Positions 28,919 to 37,402 of a stretch of 64,000 bases of DNA are shown here, one piece after another. Below the pieces are notes generated by a model. The model searched no databases. It worked only from the letters and a program-made list of their open reading frames with translations, and was not told the origin of the DNA. Origin of the DNA: an uncultured Bacteroidales bacterium (GTDB taxonomy: Bacteria; Bacteroidota; Bacteroidia; Bacteroidales; F082); contig CALBNV010000078.1 of the NCBI GenBank assembly GCA_937896895.1, positions 1,408-65,407 of the forward strand, read 5' to 3'. Numbering within the stretch: position 1 is the stretch's first letter; every line of letters begins with the position of its first letter. Made by a program: the position numbers and the translations under genes.

Positions 28919-30493
28919 ATGAAAAAAGTAAGCATATTCGTTTATCTGTTTGTAAGTTTTTCTTTCGTTTGGGCGCAGTATCCAAACGATGGTTTGTATT
29001 ACAAAGCAAACATGGCTTATTGGACGCGCGATGATTCGGTAACCTATGCGCTTTATTCCAAGTTAGATTCCATCGAGCCAATTGATAGTTTTTACGACTT
29101 GTGGAACTATTATTTTGCTTCCGAGATGATGGAAGACTCGTTGAAAAGCAAAGAATTGTTGTTCCGTCTGGTCGCAAAAGGTTTGGACAAAGGCGGAGTC
29201 GAGCAGGCTTTTTTACATGACATCGGATTGCATAAGCGTTCCTATTGGACCGAACTGGATTCCGTAATCAGCATCGCGGAGAGCAAAAGATGCCAGCCTT
29301 TCATTGATTCATTAGCGACGATGAGGGAAATTGACCAAGCCGTCAGGCAAAAACCATGGACGGACGAAAACAGAAGAAAAATGAGGGTCATTGATTCAAT
29401 TAACACTGTTAAACTCGAGTTGCTGATAGCACAATATGGTTTCCCGACATGGGAACTTGTCGGCCGCGACGGTGCTGAAAACGCATGGCTTATCGCTCAG
29501 CATTCTGCAACGCTCTTGCCTTGGTATTTGAAACACTACAGACAAGCCGTGCAGGAAAACAATGCTGATATTCACTGTTTAGCACTTATGGAAGACAGAT
29601 TTCTAATGCATCAAGGCCGTCCTCAGATCTATGGTACTCAATTAAGTTTTAGCGATTCTGCGGTTGGATTTCACCCAATAGCCGATGTGAAGCATGTCAA
29701 TGAACGCAGGTTTGCTGTTGGTTGGTGCCCCATTGAGAAGATTGCAAAAAGCCATGTTGGGGTTGATTCGGTTTTGATTTTCGCTGGAGATCTGGATTAT
29801 TCAAATAATTATTATCCAAGTATTGTGAATTTGTATACTTCCCAACCAACTGATGAAAACGTTACGAGGAATTTTGTAATTGAGAAAACCACGATGTATT
29901 GTTTCCCATGCGATTTGGAAGCGTTTTCCTGTCATTTGTTTGAGATTGAGAAAGACACTGCAAGGGCGGTAATCCAAGCCAAAAAGATTGTACTATGTGG
30001 AAGGCGCATTGATGAGGAATGGAATTTACCCCAATTGTTGATGGATTCGGTAAGAGCAAATTACACCGAACTTCGTGCCGATTATGAAAGGATGATAACC
30101 AGGGATGACGACATGATGCTTAATGCGATAACTTTTTTCGACACGCTTGTCAAGGTTTTGGAAAGTGGTTCTTATCCTCGTTACACCATCGATGCGTGGA
30201 ATGGAAACATCAAAAAACTTATTTCAACCAAGTCAAAAACATTGACAAAGAATGACTACGGTGCCTTTTTCGAATGGCTGTACAATCAAGTCGCTGTCGG
30301 TAACTATCATCTTTTCGACTACGCGGAATTGTATGATGAAGTGTATCATCGCCTATATGGGAAATCGTATTACGGGCAGAAACGTTTCGAGAAAAAAGTA
30401 CGGATATATAAACCGAAGAATGTTGATGAGCGCCGCGCTGGAATAATGCTTCCGAGTTTGGAAATGTGGGAAAGAACAATGGAAATGTTGTGA
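28919..30493 (+). CDS. secreted hypothetical protein (524 aa) embedded in the RiPP cluster; central region DUF6624-like (tentative)
   Basis: Signal peptide MKKVSIFVYLFVSFSFVWAQ from ATG 28919. The track start at 28871 is a TTG inside the hairpin. The segment IDQAVRQ...QYGFPTWELVGRDGAENAWLIAQHS...YGTQ resembles a Bacteroidota DUF family, from memory. Confidence 0.6.
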   Translation: MKKVSIFVYLFVSFSFVWAQYPNDGLYYKANMAYWTRDDSVTYALYSKLDSIEPIDSFYDLWNYYFASEMMEDSLKSKELLFRLVAKGLDKGGVEQAFLHDIGLHKRSYWTELDSVISIAESKRCQPFIDSLATMREIDQAVRQKPWTDENRRKMRVIDSINTVKLELLIAQYGFPTWELVGRDGAENAWLIAQHSATLLPWYLKHYRQAVQENNADIHCLALMEDRFLMHQGRPQIYGTQLSFSDSAVGFHPIADVKHVNERRFAVGWCPIEKIAKSHVGVDSVLIFAGDLDYSNNYYPSIVNLYTSQPTDENVTRNFVIEKTTMYCFPCDLEAFSCHLFEIEKDTARAVIQAKKIVLCGRRIDEEWNLPQLLMDSVRANYTELRADYERMITRDDDMMLNAITFFDTLVKVLESGSYPRYTIDAWNGNIKKLISTKSKTLTKNDYGAFFEWLYNQVAVGNYHLFDYAELYDEVYHRLYGKSYYGQKRFEKKVRIYKPKNVDERRAGIMLPSLEMWERTMEML

Positions 30494-30527
30494 AAAATGA
30501 TGGATGTTAATTTGATGCGTTAAAGAT

Positions 30528-31475
30528 ATGGTAGTAGTGTTTTCCATAAATGAAGATAATTCTACAGAAGATGTGGTTGATTGGTTTGACCATTATGGAG
30601 AGAACTTTTATCGCATAAATAATATAGATGATATAAATTCTTTTATAGAAAAACATCAAATGTTATTGATTCCTGAAACGGAAAATGCAGTGACTTCGGT
30701 ATGGTATCGAAAATCTCCCTCAAAGTCTTTGACAACAAATGTCTTCAACAATCCAAATACTGACAGAAGTGTTAGATTGTTTGCTTATTCTGAGCAAAAT
30801 GGCTTGTTTGAATCACTGTTCTCTTTGCTTGGAGAGAAGAAATGGCTAAACCATTGGTCGAATAGTTCTCCTGCAAAATTCCATCAATTGTTACTGGCAT
30901 CAAAATGTGGATTGAATGTCCCTGCTACGTATGTTACGAATTCCAAAGAACAATTATTGGATTTCATGTCACACCATGCCAGCATGATTGTTAAGCCTAT
31001 ACAAGATGTCGAATCCATTGAATTAGATGGGAAACGTTATTTTCAATACACAAAGGTACTTCACCGGGAAGATATTAACAGATTAAATAATACATTTTTT
31101 CCTGGCTTATTCCAAAAGGAAATTAAAAAGAATCTGGAAATCAGATCTTTCTATTTGGATGGCAAATTATATAGTATGGCGATATGCTCTTCATTTGACA
31201 GGCAAACTCAAATGGATTTTCGCCGATATAATGACAAATATCCCAATAGGACTATTCCATACCAATTACCAAAAGAAATCGAAAAGAAGTTGAACATCTT
31301 TATGGAGGAAATGAACTTAAACTGTGGCTCCATAGACTTGATATTGGATGATTCTGGAGATTACTATTTTTTGGAAGTAAACCCAGTTGGTCAATTCGGA
31401 ATGGTATCCTATCCATGCAATTATTATTTGGAAAGAAAAATAGCAAACTTTTTAATTCAATCAAATAATGAATAA
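30528..31475 (+). CDS. ATP-grasp peptide maturase (grasp-with-spasm/microviridin-type ligase family)
   Basis: 315 aa. The N-terminus MVVVFSINEDNSTEDVVDWF is typical of RiPP ATP-grasp ligases. ATP-grasp motifs are NLEIRSFYLDGK, DFRRYN and YYFLEVNPVGQFG. Confidence 0.8.
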   Translation: MVVVFSINEDNSTEDVVDWFDHYGENFYRINNIDDINSFIEKHQMLLIPETENAVTSVWYRKSPSKSLTTNVFNNPNTDRSVRLFAYSEQNGLFESLFSLLGEKKWLNHWSNSSPAKFHQLLLASKCGLNVPATYVTNSKEQLLDFMSHHASMIVKPIQDVESIELDGKRYFQYTKVLHREDINRLNNTFFPGLFQKEIKKNLEIRSFYLDGKLYSMAICSSFDRQTQMDFRRYNDKYPNRTIPYQLPKEIEKKLNIFMEEMNLNCGSIDLILDDSGDYYFLEVNPVGQFGMVSYPCNYYLERKIANFLIQSNNE

Positions 31476-31609
31476 ATCGTTTAAGGAAATTGTATATAAA
31501 AACAGGCTGCCCATCACTCTTTTGTTTATGGAAAATGTTGTTACAGAGAACACAAAACCATATATTTCCATAACCATTGATTATAAGAATGGTAAAAAAA
31601 TGATCGCTC

Positions 31610-32770
31610 ATGATTTTTACAAGCATATATCAACGTATTAAAGAAAACAAGCCGTTGTATTTCCGCTTTTGGGCGAATTGCATCTTGGTAAAGGGCTACA
31701 AGAACGGCATCCTGTTTGATTTGCAAAGAGGACGAAGCGTGAATGTCTCGCGTCTCTTTTGCGAAACATACGAACGCTATAAAGGCGAATGCATCAGTTC
31801 TGTTTTTAAAGATGAAAACTTTGATGAAAGGAAAGGCTATGTTAAAATGCTCGATTTCTTTATCAAAAACGACTTCGGAATCCTGACAGATGACGTAAAT
31901 ACACTTCCTGATTTGTCAATGGAATATGACTCCCCTTTCTGGGCCACCAACGTCATCTTGGAGACAGACAGCGATGCCGACCCAGGTTTTATGCTTGATG
32001 TCATTGAAAAACTATCTCAAGGGCATGTCCAAGCCGTACAGATTAACGACTGCGGCCATATTACAGTTCAACAACTTAGAAGGATAGGGGAAATCACAAT
32101 CAACAGCCAACTTCATTACATCAACATATACACAAATTACAGAACAGCATATTCCCAAAAACAATTGAATTTCATATATAGGAACAACCGTTTTCGTAAC
32201 ATTATTTTTATGGGAGCTCCGAGAGAACGAGATTTCAACAATGAAGAAATGGGGTTGGCTAATATCGCTTACATGAAGAAGGTGATAGATTTTAAATGTT
32301 GTGGAAATGTCAGAAAAGATCTGTTTGTTTTCAATCAACCATTTTTCATCGAAGCTCACTCCTGCAACACATGTCTGAACCGCAAAATAAGTATTGATAA
32401 AAACGGGGTGATAAAAAATTGTACATTAATGGAGAATGGATTCGGCAATATACAGGACTATTCGGTCAGAGAGATTGTAGATTTGCCTGGTTTTCAAAAT
32501 TTGTGGAATCTTTCGAAAGACGAAATTGATGTTTGCAAAGATTGTGAATACAGATATATTTGCACTGATTGCCGCCATTTCATCAAAGACAAAGAAAACA
32601 TCAAGTCCCAACCATCAAAATGCAAATACAACCCATACATCGGTAAGTGGGAGGGGGAAAATGGCTATGTTTCTGTAGAAGAATGTGGTAAATATTTACA
32701 AAACACAGGGTATATTCCTAATGAAGATATAATATGTGAATTAAATAAAAGAATCGAAAATACTCAATGA
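31610..32770 (+). CDS. SPASM-domain peptide maturase lacking the radical-SAM CxxxCxxC motif
   Basis: 386 aa. The C-terminal Cys pattern is CNTCLNRKISIDKNGVIKNC ... CKDCEYRYICTDC ... C, which is SPASM-like. There is no CxxxCxxC anywhere in the protein. The stop overlaps the ABC gene start (ATGA). Confidence 0.75.
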   Translation: MIFTSIYQRIKENKPLYFRFWANCILVKGYKNGILFDLQRGRSVNVSRLFCETYERYKGECISSVFKDENFDERKGYVKMLDFFIKNDFGILTDDVNTLPDLSMEYDSPFWATNVILETDSDADPGFMLDVIEKLSQGHVQAVQINDCGHITVQQLRRIGEITINSQLHYINIYTNYRTAYSQKQLNFIYRNNRFRNIIFMGAPRERDFNNEEMGLANIAYMKKVIDFKCCGNVRKDLFVFNQPFFIEAHSCNTCLNRKISIDKNGVIKNCTLMENGFGNIQDYSVREIVDLPGFQNLWNLSKDEIDVCKDCEYRYICTDCRHFIKDKENIKSQPSKCKYNPYIGKWEGENGYVSVEECGKYLQNTGYIPNEDIICELNKRIENTQ

Positions 32771-34953
32771 GTTTCCCTTTTCCTTTCTTCCCTCAACTCG
32801 ACGCCATGGACTGCGGGCCGGCTTGCCTCCGCATGATAGCGAAATATTATGGCCGTCATTATACCCTCGAAGGGCTGAGGCAACGCTGCCACATCAGCCG
32901 CGAGGGGGTGAGCCTGCTCGGGATAAGCAGCGCCGCCGAGGAGATAGGGTTCAAGACCATTGGCGTACACCTGCCGTTCAGCCAGCTAAAAGACGAAGTG
33001 CCGCTGCCGTGCATCGTCCATTGGCGACAAAACCATTTCGTGGTGGTGTATAAGATAAAGCGCGGAACGGTGTATGTGGCAGACCCCGCATCAGGGCTGC
33101 TGAAATATTCCGAAAAGGAATTTTTAGACGGATGGATAAGCCGGCACGACAACGGCAACGAAGGCATAGCACTGCTGCTCGAGCCGCAACCCGACTTCTA
33201 CGCCGAAGAAGGCGAGAAACCCGACAAGGCAAAGTTCTCGTTCATACTCAAATACCTGAAACCTTACAGGAAACTCATCGCGCAGCTGTTCATGGGAATG
33301 ATAATGGGCACGCTGCTGCAGCTCATATTCCCGTTCTTCACCCAGAGCATCGTTGACTATGGCATCGGCAACAGCAACCTGAGTTTCGTCACGCTGATAC
33401 TCGTGGCGCAGCTCACCCTATACGTCGCACAGACCGCCGTGGAGTTCATCCGCTCGTGGATATTGCTGCACATAAGCACGCGTATAAACATCAGCATCAT
33501 ATCCGACTTCCTGATAAAACTGATGAAACTGCCGATAGGCTTCTTCGACACCAAGATGATAGGCGACCTCATGCAGCGCATCGGCGACCACCAGCGCATC
33601 GAGTCATTCCTCACCTCATCGACACTCAACACGCTGTTCTCGTTCGTCACGTTCATCGTGTTCGCAGTGATACTCGCTTTTTACAGCATAAAACTGCTTG
33701 TCGTGTTCCTGATCGGCAGCACACTCTATGTCATCTGGGTCTTGATATTCCTGAAATATCGCCGCGAACTCGACTACAAGCGTTTCTCACAGGCGTCGGC
33801 GGAACAGAGCAATCTCATACAGATGATAACAGGAATGCAGGAGATTAAGCTCAACAACTGCGAGAAACAGAAACGCTGGGAATGGGAGAACATCCAGGCC
33901 AAACTCTTCAAGGTGAGCGTCAGTAGCCTGAAACTCAGCCAGTGGCAGCAGAGCGGCGCGGTGTTCATCAACGAGACGAAGAACATCTTGATTTCTTATA
34001 TCTCCGCAAGGGCGGTGATACAGGGCGACATGAGCCTCGGCATGATGATGGCAGTGCAGACCATCGTCGGACAGCTCAACTCGCCGATAAGCCAGATGAT
34101 CGGTTTCATACAGAGCGCACAGGATGCAAAGATAAGCCTCGAACGTCTCGGCGAGATACACAACAAGAAAGACGAGACGGAAGATGGCGACGGCCGCACC
34201 TCGATATTCACCGACGACAGAGGCATCGGCATTGAGAGCCTCACTTTCCATTACGACCCATTGTCGGACGCGGTGCTCAACGACGTGAACCTCACCACTC
34301 CTGAAGGGAAGGTGACAGCCATCGTGGGCATGAGCGGAAGCGGCAAGACGACGTTGGTGAAGCTGCTGCTCGGCTTCTACCCGCCGACAGGCGGAAGCAT
34401 CCGCGTCGGCGGAATAAACATGAAGAACATCGACCCGAAGGCATGGCGCGACCGCTGCGGAACGGTTATGCAGGAAGGCTTCATCTTCTCCGACAGCATC
34501 GCAAAGAACATAGCTATCGGCGAAGACCACATCGACGAGCGACGGCTGCTCCACGCCGCGAAAGTGGCGAACATACAAGACATGATAGAGAGCCTGCCTC
34601 TCGGCTACAATACAAAAATCGGGCAGGAAGGCAACGGCATCTCGCAAGGCCAGAAACAGCGCATACTGATCGCCCGCGCAGTCTATAAAAACCCCGATTA
34701 TATCTTCCTCGACGAGGCGACTAACTCGCTCGACGCGAACAACGAGCGCGTCATCATGGACAACCTGCAGGAGTTTTTCAAGGGGAAGACGGTCGTTGTT
34801 GTGGCGCACCGACTGAGCACCGTCAAGAACGCCGACCAGATTGTCGTCATCAACCACGGAAAAATCACCGAGACGGGCACTCACGAGGAACTGACCGCAC
34901 GACGCGGCGAATACTACACTCTGGTTAAGAATCAACTTGAACTTGGAAAATGA
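32767..34953 (+). CDS. peptidase C39 domain-containing ABC transporter (bacteriocin/RiPP processing-export ATPase/permease)
   Basis: 728 aa. The N-terminal C39 domain has a catalytic Cys (QLDAMDCGPACL), His (NHFVVVY) and ADPASG. A 6-TM domain follows. Walker A is GMSGSGKTT, the signature is ISQGQKQR and Walker B is IFLDEATNSLD. Confidence 0.9.
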   Translation: MSFPFPFFPQLDAMDCGPACLRMIAKYYGRHYTLEGLRQRCHISREGVSLLGISSAAEEIGFKTIGVHLPFSQLKDEVPLPCIVHWRQNHFVVVYKIKRGTVYVADPASGLLKYSEKEFLDGWISRHDNGNEGIALLLEPQPDFYAEEGEKPDKAKFSFILKYLKPYRKLIAQLFMGMIMGTLLQLIFPFFTQSIVDYGIGNSNLSFVTLILVAQLTLYVAQTAVEFIRSWILLHISTRINISIISDFLIKLMKLPIGFFDTKMIGDLMQRIGDHQRIESFLTSSTLNTLFSFVTFIVFAVILAFYSIKLLVVFLIGSTLYVIWVLIFLKYRRELDYKRFSQASAEQSNLIQMITGMQEIKLNNCEKQKRWEWENIQAKLFKVSVSSLKLSQWQQSGAVFINETKNILISYISARAVIQGDMSLGMMMAVQTIVGQLNSPISQMIGFIQSAQDAKISLERLGEIHNKKDETEDGDGRTSIFTDDRGIGIESLTFHYDPLSDAVLNDVNLTTPEGKVTAIVGMSGSGKTTLVKLLLGFYPPTGGSIRVGGINMKNIDPKAWRDRCGTVMQEGFIFSDSIAKNIAIGEDHIDERRLLHAAKVANIQDMIESLPLGYNTKIGQEGNGISQGQKQRILIARAVYKNPDYIFLDEATNSLDANNERVIMDNLQEFFKGKTVVVVAHRLSTVKNADQIVVINHGKITETGTHEELTARRGEYYTLVKNQLELGK

Positions 34954-36275
34954 GCGACGAAATAATTGATAACAAAAGCGAAAGCTCCGAGCAGCACCTC
35001 AAAGGTCTCAACATCCACAGCGAGCAGGTCCAGGACATCATGGGGCGTCCTCCGGGATGGTTGGTGAGGTGCGGAATTTCAATCATTTTGCTGGTGATTG
35101 TGCTGTTGCTCGTTGGCAGCGCGTTCGTCAAATATCCTGAAGTGCTGACGGCGGCGATAAAAATCAACGCCTACAACCTGCCGGCGCAGGTGAAGGCACG
35201 CAGCACCGGGCGCATCGACACTCTGTTTGTCAGGGAAGGCGACACAGTTAATGCAGGTGCTCCGCTGGCTCTGATTGAGAATCCTGCAAAATATGAAGAT
35301 GTCATTTTCCTGAAAGAAAACATGGCTTCAGTGGCGCACGACTCGGCGTGGCATTGTGACAGACCGCTCCAGCTCGGCGAGGTGCAGAACAGTTATCTGT
35401 CGTATGTCCAGGCGGTTAATGCCTTGACGTTCTTTGTCGGGAACGACTATCTCGGCGAGATGATAGCGTCGAAGAGAAAACAGATTGACGTCATGTCGAA
35501 GACGCTGAATAACTACAAACGGCAGTCGAGGATTGGGGCAGAGCAACTGTCGGTGGCGAAAGAGAAATTCGCCGTTGACTCCACATTGTTCAAAAAAGGA
35601 GTGATATCAAAAGTCAATTTCAGCGAGAGCAGGAATGTTTTTCTCCAGCAGCGTATGGCATATCAGTCGATGCTCATCGAGACTGACAACATGAGGCTGA
35701 GTCTGCTGCAAGCCGAACAGTCGGTGACGGAGCTGGAACAGAGCCGCAGTGAGCAACACAACGACCTTTCACTACAGCTTGAAATAGCGAGAGGACAGCT
35801 TGAGGCAAGCATCAGGCAATGGGAACAAAGCTGTCTTCTCGTGAGTCCGGCAAGAGGGACTATTGCGCTGACGATGTTCTGGCAACGGAACCAGAACATC
35901 ACCGCAGGTGAGACGATGCTCGCCGTGGTGCCCGTTGAAAGGTCATCATATTTCGGCAAGATTTATCTTTCTCAACAGGGAGCCGGCAAGGTTAAAACAG
36001 GGCAGAACGTGAATATCAAACTTGATGATTATCCGTATATGGAGTTCGGTTTCGTGCAGGTCGGGCTGTCGAAGATGTCGCTGATGCCATACGAGGACGC
36101 CTCCGCCGGCAATATATACGTCATGGAGGTTGAACTTCCCGACAGCCTTGTCACACAATATGGAAAGTTCATCCCGTATCGTCCGGAGATGTCAGGCACA
36201 GCGGAAATCATCACGGAAGACATGTCGGTCCTTGTGAGATTGATAAACCCGATTCGGGCGGTGCTGAGGAGGTGA
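34950..36275 (+). CDS. HlyD family secretion adaptor protein
   Basis: 441 aa with an N-terminal TM (GISIILLVIVLLLVGSAF), a long coiled coil and a C-terminal beta domain. It has an ATGA overlap with the ABC gene. Confidence 0.85.
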   Translation: MSDEIIDNKSESSEQHLKGLNIHSEQVQDIMGRPPGWLVRCGISIILLVIVLLLVGSAFVKYPEVLTAAIKINAYNLPAQVKARSTGRIDTLFVREGDTVNAGAPLALIENPAKYEDVIFLKENMASVAHDSAWHCDRPLQLGEVQNSYLSYVQAVNALTFFVGNDYLGEMIASKRKQIDVMSKTLNNYKRQSRIGAEQLSVAKEKFAVDSTLFKKGVISKVNFSESRNVFLQQRMAYQSMLIETDNMRLSLLQAEQSVTELEQSRSEQHNDLSLQLEIARGQLEASIRQWEQSCLLVSPARGTIALTMFWQRNQNITAGETMLAVVPVERSSYFGKIYLSQQGAGKVKTGQNVNIKLDDYPYMEFGFVQVGLSKMSLMPYEDASAGNIYVMEVELPDSLVTQYGKFIPYRPEMSGTAEIITEDMSVLVRLINPIRAVLRR

Positions 36276-36499
36276 TGTCCGACTGGCGTTTCTGGTTCTG
36301 GTGGCAGGCGGGCGGTGTATCTTAACAGAAGCTCCATACTTCGACAATGCGCCATCCATTTTGAAAAAATATTTTTAAGAAACGCCTGAAAATCAATGGC
36401 CGACGACTGAAAACAAGAACGAGTGTCAAAGTCAGGAAATAATTTCCCCGCCGTCCGTGAAATTCTTTGCGAACTTATGCGAGAGTTATCAATTTTTCG

Positions 36500-36507
36500 T
36501 AAGTTTG
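36500..36507 (+). promoter_or_regulatory. Bacteroidota-type -7 promoter box TAAGTTTG
   Basis: Matches TAnnTTTG and lies 16 nt upstream of ATG 36524. Confidence 0.4.
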
Positions 36508-36523
36508 CAAAAATATTTTCGAG

Positions 36524-37174
36524 ATGGAAACAAAACTTTTTGATGACGAGAAATACATTGATAACTCGTTGGATTACAACTTAGTAAGTGATATTTTGGA
36601 TTTTTTGGCGTACATGATGACCCCGCAGTCGAAAAGTTCTATCGCAAGTAACATCAGGTACATAAACTATTCATATAAGAAGGTCGTAGTTGACAAGCAT
36701 GTCGATTATTGTATTGAGAACAATCTCCTCATATCGAAAAGGAAAATTTACAACGGCAGGGACGAGACAAATGTCTTTTTTTTGCCCGTGTCAGCGCAGC
36801 TTGACAGGCTTTATGACATTTCCAAAGATGCCCAAAGGCTGAAAAAAGTCAGCAGATACAAGAACTTGCAATATTTTTCGATTTATGGCTTGTCCGACCT
36901 TCGTGATGCGATTTTCAGTTATTTCAACGGCAAAATTACGTATTTGTACAGACTTGCTGAAAACCCCCAATGTGATGAGTATGTCAAGGCGATGTTTTAT
37001 GATGAGAGGTATTTCGGTTTTTTAAGCAGGCTTGCCCATAAGCAGACACGATGCGACAATCTTTTGCTTCTTACCGACCATGAATATGATGATATAGACG
37101 AAGACGGCGTTCAAATTCAAATAAGGCCGGTGTATGAATGGAGTGCGGAGTTTTTCAGTGAAAAGCCACATTGA
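36524..37174 (+). CDS. hypothetical protein
   Basis: 216-aa ORF with its own -7 box. No TM or signal peptide, and no recognisable family. Confidence 0.55.
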   Translation: METKLFDDEKYIDNSLDYNLVSDILDFLAYMMTPQSKSSIASNIRYINYSYKKVVVDKHVDYCIENNLLISKRKIYNGRDETNVFFLPVSAQLDRLYDISKDAQRLKKVSRYKNLQYFSIYGLSDLRDAIFSYFNGKITYLYRLAENPQCDEYVKAMFYDERYFGFLSRLAHKQTRCDNLLLLTDHEYDDIDEDGVQIQIRPVYEWSAEFFSEKPH

Positions 37175-37255
37175 TAATATAACGTGAGTTTGACCAAATT
37201 AACAGCTTGAAACTAAATCAGTTATGAAGCGGAGTGCACGCCGCCAATGAATATG

Positions 37256-37287
37256 ACACGCTCACAGGCATGAACTTACACGCTCAC
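37256..37287 (+). promoter_or_regulatory. second copy of the ACACGCTCAC-N12-ACACGCTCAC direct-repeat element (candidate LytTR operator)
   Basis: Identical 10-mers at 37256-37265 and 37278-37287. The flanking sequence is also similar to 28201-28290. It lies about 115 bp upstream of ATG 37403. Confidence 0.55.
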
Positions 37288-37402
37288 AAGAAATAATGAC
37301 AAGGATGTAAATTGTTGATTTAAAATAAATACCTTCGCAACAGCAAACTGAAATAATTTAAAAGAGCCAACGTTATGAGTGGCGTAAACAAATTTTTTAA
37401 TT

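Noticed and set aside
31528-31641. 37-codon ORF (MENVVTENTKPYISITIDYKNGKKMIAHDFYKHISTY) in the gap between the ATP-grasp and SPASM genes, considered as a second precursor
   Set aside because: It has no double-glycine motif and no Asp/Thr-rich core, and it overlaps the SPASM gene start in another frame. It is most likely a chance ORF in AT-rich sequence.
33787-34935. 382-aa ORF on the minus strand
   Set aside because: It lies entirely antisense to the well-supported C39-ABC transporter gene. It is an Arg/Val/His-rich, low-complexity translation typical of the shadow frame of a GC-rich gene. The same reasoning applies to 12928-13635(-), 20900-21688(-), 43577-44140(-), 44635-45315(-), 51349-51960(+) and 52669-53355(+).
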